Assembly (NCBI GenBank): GCA_964057225.1 | Contig: OZ059897.1 | Coordinates: 6,510,001 to 6,574,000 of the forward strand | DNA: 64,000 bases | Direction: 5' to 3' | Source of the DNA: Auanema rhodensis | Taxonomy: Eukaryota; Animalia; Nematoda | Shown: positions 57,169 through 64,000 of the stretch, in pieces | Position numbering within the stretch: the stretch's first letter is position 1 | Layout of the letters: each line of letters starts with the position of its first letter | The notes under the pieces: generated by a model | What the model saw: the letters and a program-made list of their open reading frames with translations, nothing else | The model's database searches: none | What the model was told of the DNA's origin: nothing | Translations under genes and position numbers: made by a program

Positions 57169-57933
57169 AATTGGACATAAAAGAAAAACAATATATTTAG
57201 CGATATATAAAATCAGACAATAGCTGTCGTCATGGCAATCTATATAGCGTATGATTAAGTATAGCGTCTAGATTATGCTAGTTATTAACGAACAAATGGA
57301 TAAGTCTGTGTAATTGAATCTAGGATTGCAAATGGGATGAGAACGGAGAGCTAAGTTGGCAATCAGAAAAAGGACTTGACTAACAAGCCCTAGGACAACC
57401 TCATATGCAGACTGCGTCGCATGCATGTCCTTATACGTCACAAGGCAGGATAGATGAAGGAGGGAAGAGGGAGGAGCTGAATGCGCCCCCGGCAGAAGCG
57501 CCAGCAGCATTGCATTGGCGCCAAAATAACTATTAAGGTAGAGCAGAATTTAAACCTTATATAGAAGTAACAAACTACAGTCTGTGATCGTCATCTTTAC
57601 TTCGGATACATACATACACATGATACGAATAGAGCCAGGTGAGAAACGATAAAATGCAAGAGTTGTATGATTAAACCTCAAAAACATGACAAGATTTATG
57701 AAAATAATAAACAAAATCTTAATAAAGTACCGTGAAACGCATAGAACAGCACCTAGGAAAAATAAATTGGAAAACGTGAGCAAGCATAAGAATATACGAA
57801 GGATAAAATGGGCTCATCACATTAACAAGATTAAGAAGATTGCCGAAATATTAGATCATTTCAAACTATAAGGTTTTCAAAAGTAAGTGAAATAAGAATG
57901 TGAAGAAATAATAAATTTGATGAAAATTATTGT

Positions 57934-59665
57934 CTATATAGCTAACTGCCGCAGATCACCAGAGGAAACGCCCCCGTCACTCATAGAGCGTTTCAATTTA
58001 GGAACTCTTTCCATTTTCAATGGCTGTGTGCTCTCTTGTACAACTGTAGATCTACTACCATCGATTTCCTGGGAATGCGACTGAAATAAAGGGAAGAACA
58101 TTATCTTGCTTTTCAATCTCAATCTAATACCTCATCGCGAAGGGTAGGCGTAGTATTTGCTCGATCCATCATACTACTCGTGCTAGTTGTTCCTGTGCGG
58201 GGTGTTTCTATTCCCGATTCTCCCCGGAAGTCTTTAGTCTCGTCCATCTGGAAAATCTTCATTAAGCATTTTCCTCGCTAATTAGGCTAATTATTACCTC
58301 TTCTGTCGTTTGACGACTACTGAACGAGGAATCAAGTATTACTTGTTGAAGGCAAGATAAATCAGATTCTTCTGTCAATGCTTCTCCTGAAAAATACAAA
58401 ATTAGATACATAAATAAACAATTCATTTAGTTTTGTTCAGAGAAATGTTCTTTAGTGTTATTTCACCTGAAGATTCTGTTGAACTGACAAGGGGAAAAGA
58501 ACTTGTCAAATACTTGCCTGCTCCAGTAAAAGACGCTGCCAGAGCGCTACTGGTAGGAGTATTACTTTGAAGCCCTGACAACTGTGGTCCCATTGAGAGT
58601 CGGTTGCCCAATTGCTGTCCATTCGACAAACCATAAGAGAAAGTTGGTGGGGCAAAATGATTAGTAGGAGGACAGAAAGTATTTGATTGTGTCATTCTCA
58701 AGTGCATGAGTTGCTAAACTAATTTATTTAGAAAAGGCTAATAAAATGAAATGCAATACCTGGTCCAATTGTTGAACCTTATTAAGGAGTTTTTGCTTTT
58801 CTTTATTCATGGTTGTAATTTGATTCAAGAACGCCTACAATCTCAATTATATATATTGCGTATGACGAGAGGGGGTACCTTCTCTGTGGCTTCCTTAGCT
58901 CGTAATAGTTGCTTGCACTGATCCTTATAGTAAAAGTGTCTTTCTTCAGAATGCTTTAAACGACTTTTAAAACGATTACAAGCTTCTTCCATTTGCTAAA
59001 AAAAGGTATTGACTGAATTCTATCAATCACTGAGCAGTATACTCACCGCGATTTTTGCACTGTACTCATATTCTTCAGTATCTGAATCGCCAATCAAATT
59101 AGAAGGGTAGTGACGGCCATAGTTGCCAATGGGTGAAGGATCCCCACTACCATACTCTGAAGTATCCCTTACGGATCTGCAATACAAAACTTAGCATTAA
59201 AACAAAGGATGTGTTAATTACCTGCGATATTTGTCACGAAATTCATACTTTTCTCGCCTGTCGCGTCTCGGATGAAGTTCCGTTTCGAAAGATCTATTCA
59301 TATCTTCATGGCGATATTCATCACGATCACGATATCTAGAAAATAAAATCATGAAAACATACTATGTGAAACAAAAATACCCTCCAGGACAACTTTGCGG
59401 CCCTTTATTCAATTTTGGAGCTGTGATTGTATGGTAGGGAGCAGTTGGAGACAGGGGACCAGGGCAGTTGAATCGAGTGGATCTTTCAGCTCTTGAACTT
59501 TGCTTTGATGATCTAGTTGAATGGCGGTAAGATAAATCACGATCCTAGAGATAAAAAATTAACTTATGAAGAAATGATTTCCGAGCTACTCACCAACTCT
59601 GTAGAATGATCATTTTCTTTATTGCTTGAATTTTTTCGGAAAAATTTTAAAAATTTCGAGGTCAT
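57934..59665 (-). CDS. Nematode coiled-coil/disordered protein of unknown function (GPQSCPG and SEYGSGDPSP motifs)
   Basis: In-phase spliced frame MTSKFLKFFRKN...GPQSCPGG...SEYGSGDPSPIG...DSDTEEYEYSAKIA|QMEE...EATEK|AFLNQI...RQLAI*. Confidence 0.8.
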
Positions 59666-61428
59666 CACCACTATAAATAATTCAGGGTGAATAAATATAT
59701 ATGAAAAAAAAATCAAAATATAAGAACAATAATATTAGCGAATAATAAAGTTTCCTAAACTACCAAATATCTTACGCAACGCAAAAGAATGGCGACACAC
59801 AATGATTGACCAGAGTGGTCAGAGACTATTAGGCTAGCTCGATGCCGCAAAAAAACAAGCCGAGCCTACCGGTGAGAGGTCACAGCAAGTGCCCTTTGCC
59901 ATCTCATAATAACCCCTATTCTTCCTTTCTAACGAGTACAGGTTCTCAAAGAGAGCTTAACTAACAGGGCAAAAGTTTTTAAAACTCATGATAATGGATA
60001 TGAGAGTTCGCAAAGATACTTTGGGAAAACATGAAATGGATAAAATGATGACGTACATCAAATAAATTTAAACAAGTGCAAATAATGTAAGACAACCTAC
60101 GTATTTGTTATTACATAAAAGAACGGCAGATCCACTAAGCGCAGAATAAATCTTAGATATAAAGATAGCATTTTTTGCATTTATCAGAGTTGCGAGCTTC
60201 AAATTCTCATCTCATTCGAAAGCGATAAGGTATTATAAAATATAGTATCTTTTAAAAATAAAGTTGATACTTAAGACCTAGAAAACTGCCCACGGTAATA
60301 TTTTCAAGATAAAGGAAAAGGTATACAAACGATCGGTAATTACAAAAAAAGTTAAACGAATTGTCCTTCATAGATGCTATAACTTATCAAGGTCAAATGA
60401 TAGGTCTTTTAAGAATATTTATGACATGCATCCTTAAAACAACTTAATAGAGAAAGCAATATACAGAACACTTACCAGCACAAAATTTAAAAGCATAGTA
60501 AATGCACTATTAGATGCTTTGAAACTAGTTTCAGAAGTTAAGATTTATAAAAATTAGATTAAAAACTGATTGAGTCTTCCTTCTCTTAAATAGGCAATAT
60601 TGCAAATTACATTCAACATATCCTTTTTATATCAAATTTATGACTCTTTTGAAAACAAAACATATATTTCATGAACTCAGCTGAGTACAACCGGTCAAAA
60701 ATAAAAATTTATAGTAAAAAGGTATTTGATTAAAATTAGAAGTAGAAGAAAAATTAGCTAAAAGTAGAAAAAAAGAATAATTCTGAAGACGGAATGGGGT
60801 TTGCCATATTGCGCAGGATCTTCTTTGATCTTACCGACAGGACGCCTCCAAATTCAAATTTGGCGCCAACGCAACAGGACCATTTAATGATAGAGTATGG
60901 AAACAGAAGAGAGCGTATTGCAGATAAAGACATGAAAAAGAAATCTAGCAATATTAAGATTGAAAGAATAAACAATTTAAGAAAAGTGAAATTTATGAAA
61001 ATCAAATTTGAAATAAAATATAAACCAGGAAATCAATAAACGACGAGCGCAGCTATTATATGAGGTTTTCATTCAAAAAATGGAGACGTTATCATCTTAT
61101 GTTTTGAAGACTTAGACAGGTATCGTATGATTTGGAAGTTTGTTGATCAGACTAGAATACCTTTTTTTCTATAGCATAACTCAAAAGATTATTGATTTCT
61201 CTAGATCTGACGATGGAATCTAAAAGTCTTTTTGTCCTATTGCACCCACGGTTATAGCATCCTTATTTTCCCAAAGATTTACAACAGTTGTTAGTCACCT
61301 TCAGGTGACAGATACCGTAGTCGTATCATTTTTTCTTTCCGCTATCTCTTTCTTCTCTGCTTGGCTTTTGATTGTTTTATTATTTTTTTATTTTATTTAC
61401 TCAATATTTTTGTTTTCAGATATTAACC

Positions 61429-62373
61429 ATGTCTTTTATCAGAAATATGTTCCAAAATAAGCCAAAAAAAGAAAATACTAAGGTACTTTTATTAATTGAA
61501 TCATGCTAGAAACTTGAGAAGATATTTCAGAGAAGTGCACCACTGGAAGTTCCTTTTCAGTATCCTTCAGTTTATATGGGTCTACCTTCTACTAATCCAC
61601 GTTTTCCTCGTTCTATTCTCAAGAGTGGCTCCAGAAGTGTATATGATGCGTGCGTTCTCAATTTACTACATAATGAAACAATGATTCTTCAGTAATGAGC
61701 TATCTGCTTTATCGGGATCAAGAAATGCTCTCTCTCTTGTCGGAGAGCCTGAGTTGATCACTAGAAGAAGTTTACGAAGGTTCTTTGTAGTTTCCGATAT
61801 ATTCATTCATTGCTTTCATAGATCCCGATCTAGAGCTCGCAGTCTGGTATCCAGTGATTCTTCAGAAGTTGACGATTTATGTTGGCAAGACAAAATGGTG
61901 GTATGTTTACCAATAGCAATGTCTTGACATTGATATGTTATCTTAAAGACATTAGAATATGAAAACAAAAAATTGCTTCATAAATTAGATCGTGTAGAAG
62001 CCAAATGCGATTATTTGTCGGACGCTAAGAGGCAGATTGAAAAGGTTATCTATAGGTCCTTTAATTAGCGGCAAACTGTTAGAATTTTAGGCGTTTCTCC
62101 GTGAAATAAACGACGTTAAAGAACATAACAGTTTATTGAGAACTGAAAAAATAGCCTTGGAGCAAATGGTCATGGCCTTAGAACAGGTTTGCTTTCATCT
62201 TTAAGGTTTGAGTTCCAAAATGCCAGTTTAGCGGCTGGATGAATTATTACAAATATCTGCTCGTAGAGCTGACACTTCAGCACTTTCCAGAGGTAGGCAA
62301 GGCTTCAATAATTTGTTTTCATATTTCGTTTTCAGCGGATACACGCTCTGAAGTTCACGGTTTAGATGATTGA
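61429..62373 (+). CDS. Small coiled-coil protein of unknown function, 8 exons
   Basis: MSFIRNMFQNKPKKENTK / RSAPLEVPF / SDSSEVDDLCWQDKMV|TLEYENKKL...RQIEK|AFLREINDVKE...HGLDD*. The ATG follows a TTTCAG acceptor. Confidence 0.82.
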
Positions 62374-63292
62374 CTCATTTTCATAACGCAGTTTGAACGT
62401 TGTTTGATTTTTTATTTTTTTGTTGGTGTTTGTGGCTAAGCCACTCTCTCACGGGTACTTCTTAACGTATTAATCTCAAAAAATTAGTCTAGCAGATCTC
62501 GGTTTTCATAATTTATTCTTATCGGTTCATAGATCAACTTTTTGTGGATACTTTAGTATTTAGTTGATCATCTTGAATTTGCCGTCCTTTGTGTCATTCT
62601 GTTTATAAGCATCACTTCACGCTTCACGAATATTCAAATTACTGTCCTGAATCATCTTAATGATTATTACAATGTTTATCGAATTCTATTCAGATACATT
62701 TATTTCAGTTTAATTCTTTTGGTTAGCCAGTAATAGTGGCAAATAATAATATTTGTATGTGTATATTTGTAACAAATGATAAATATTTTAGACTGTTTGA
62801 TTCTGTTTTGCTGTTCCAAAATTTAGGCTTTGATCATGTTTTCATTATTCTGCTTTTAATTATTTCCTGAAGCATTCAAGCTTCTCATTACCGTAGTAAA
62901 GTTGCAGCTTTACAAAGTAAGTAATATGAGCTTTTAAGAGTTTTTAATCCGTATAAGTCGAAGATTTCTGCCTTTTTAAAGCGAATTTTCTGAGTTAATT
63001 CTAGCCTATATATTATACATGTATTTTTAGTTTCTTGATGTTTGTCTATTTCGAAGCCTGAATACCCTGATTACTTGTAAAATTGGCATCAAAAACTTTA
63101 TTATTCAATGATGTTTCAGCCACAGGCTTTAGAAGAGCTATACATGGTTAGCTGACTTCAAAAATCAAAATTTCATCAATTCACGCCTTTATAACTTTTC
63201 CATTGCCCTTGTATAACAGTATTTCAATGAATTATATATCGGAATGGCGATGTTATTCAGCAAACCTGTCATAAGCTGGCTTCCGATAAGCA

Positions 63293-63830
63293 TTAATGCT
63301 CTGCGTATTCTTGCAAAATAATACTAGATTTATCTGCTTCATCTTGAGTGTTGCTAAATTTCTGTAACATTTTAAGTTTTTTCTCCAATTGTTGGACTTT
63401 GCGGCTCCTGAAGCCAAGGCAATTTTCCAAGCGCTCAATTATGCTTTCGTTGCTAATCAAGATTGCATCCGGTATTCTATATGAATTCTACGTATTGTAT
63501 TCCAAAATTAGCTAGTCTCATTCTTGTCTTTCGGCTTGCTCAGATATAATATATACTTTCATATTCAATTAATTTACGGATTGGGAGAAACTACGTAGAG
63601 ACTCAGCGTCATCCAATTTTTCTGTTAATAATTGTCTTTTTTTAGTTTGAATACATTCAACAAATCATAAAGTTTTGCAACTTTGACTGGAATTCTATCC
63701 TCTCAAGTTTCTCAAAAAAATTCATTTAGTATTCTATATAGCAGTCATTCTTGATCGTAGTTCTTAGCTCCATCACTCCCTCGCACTCTGTCACGGTATG
63801 GTTAAATCTGTCACCATAAGCTAAATTTAT
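63293..63830 (-). CDS. Probable exon fragments of an uncharacterised gene or pseudogene near the window edge
   Basis: Open, coding-like frames (IPDAILISNESIIERLENCLGFRSRKVQQLEKKLKMLQKF; KLDDAESLRSFSQS). I could not build a consistent splice model. Confidence 0.35.
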
Positions 63831-64000
63831 GTTTCATTTCAAATTTAAACTTATCCAAATCTAAAAATTCCGAATGTGAGCTTATTTGAGCTCATCAAAG
63901 TACTGAAGTCATACCCTGATCATCAAGCAAACTAGTCAGTTTCTATTTCTCCATAATTCATCTTATGCATTTTTCTTCCTTAAACAATCCACATTTGATC

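Noticed and set aside
60754-61039. Overlapping 81-83 aa ORFs between the divergent genes
   Set aside because: Low-complexity A-rich sequence with no motif or splice support.

Overview
AT-rich eukaryotic genomic DNA, almost certainly from a nematode: introns are mostly ~40-60 nt with TTTCAG acceptors, and the window holds a nematode-type tRNA-Gly(TCC) and nematode gene families. I cannot identify the species. I assembled about 15 spliced genes by eye: a secreted MIG-18-like Cys-repeat protein, five protist-type (GH25-like) lysozyme-like genes (two are a near-identical recent duplicate), a 4-TM protein, an ERK5-like MAPK with a TQY loop, two Ly-6/three-finger-like proteins, an SLC7/AAT transporter, an AKAP2_C-like protein, an SPN-4-like Rbfox RRM protein and two head-to-head coiled-coil paralogues. 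Mobile DNA comprises a Merlin remnant, a Tc1 remnant, a Polinton/Maverick-type polB fragment, several MITE-like or foldback structures and a G-rich satellite. The most interesting signals are: (i) a dispersed ACAACCG(C/T)TCA element, sometimes an inverted pair, found in the same intron and orientation in all five lysozyme genes; (ii) a shared GATAACTTATCTA promoter motif that the youngest lysozyme duplicate has lost; (iii) ~30-bp inverted repeats bracketing that duplicate plus the Tc1 remnant. Exon boundaries are manual and no database search was run.
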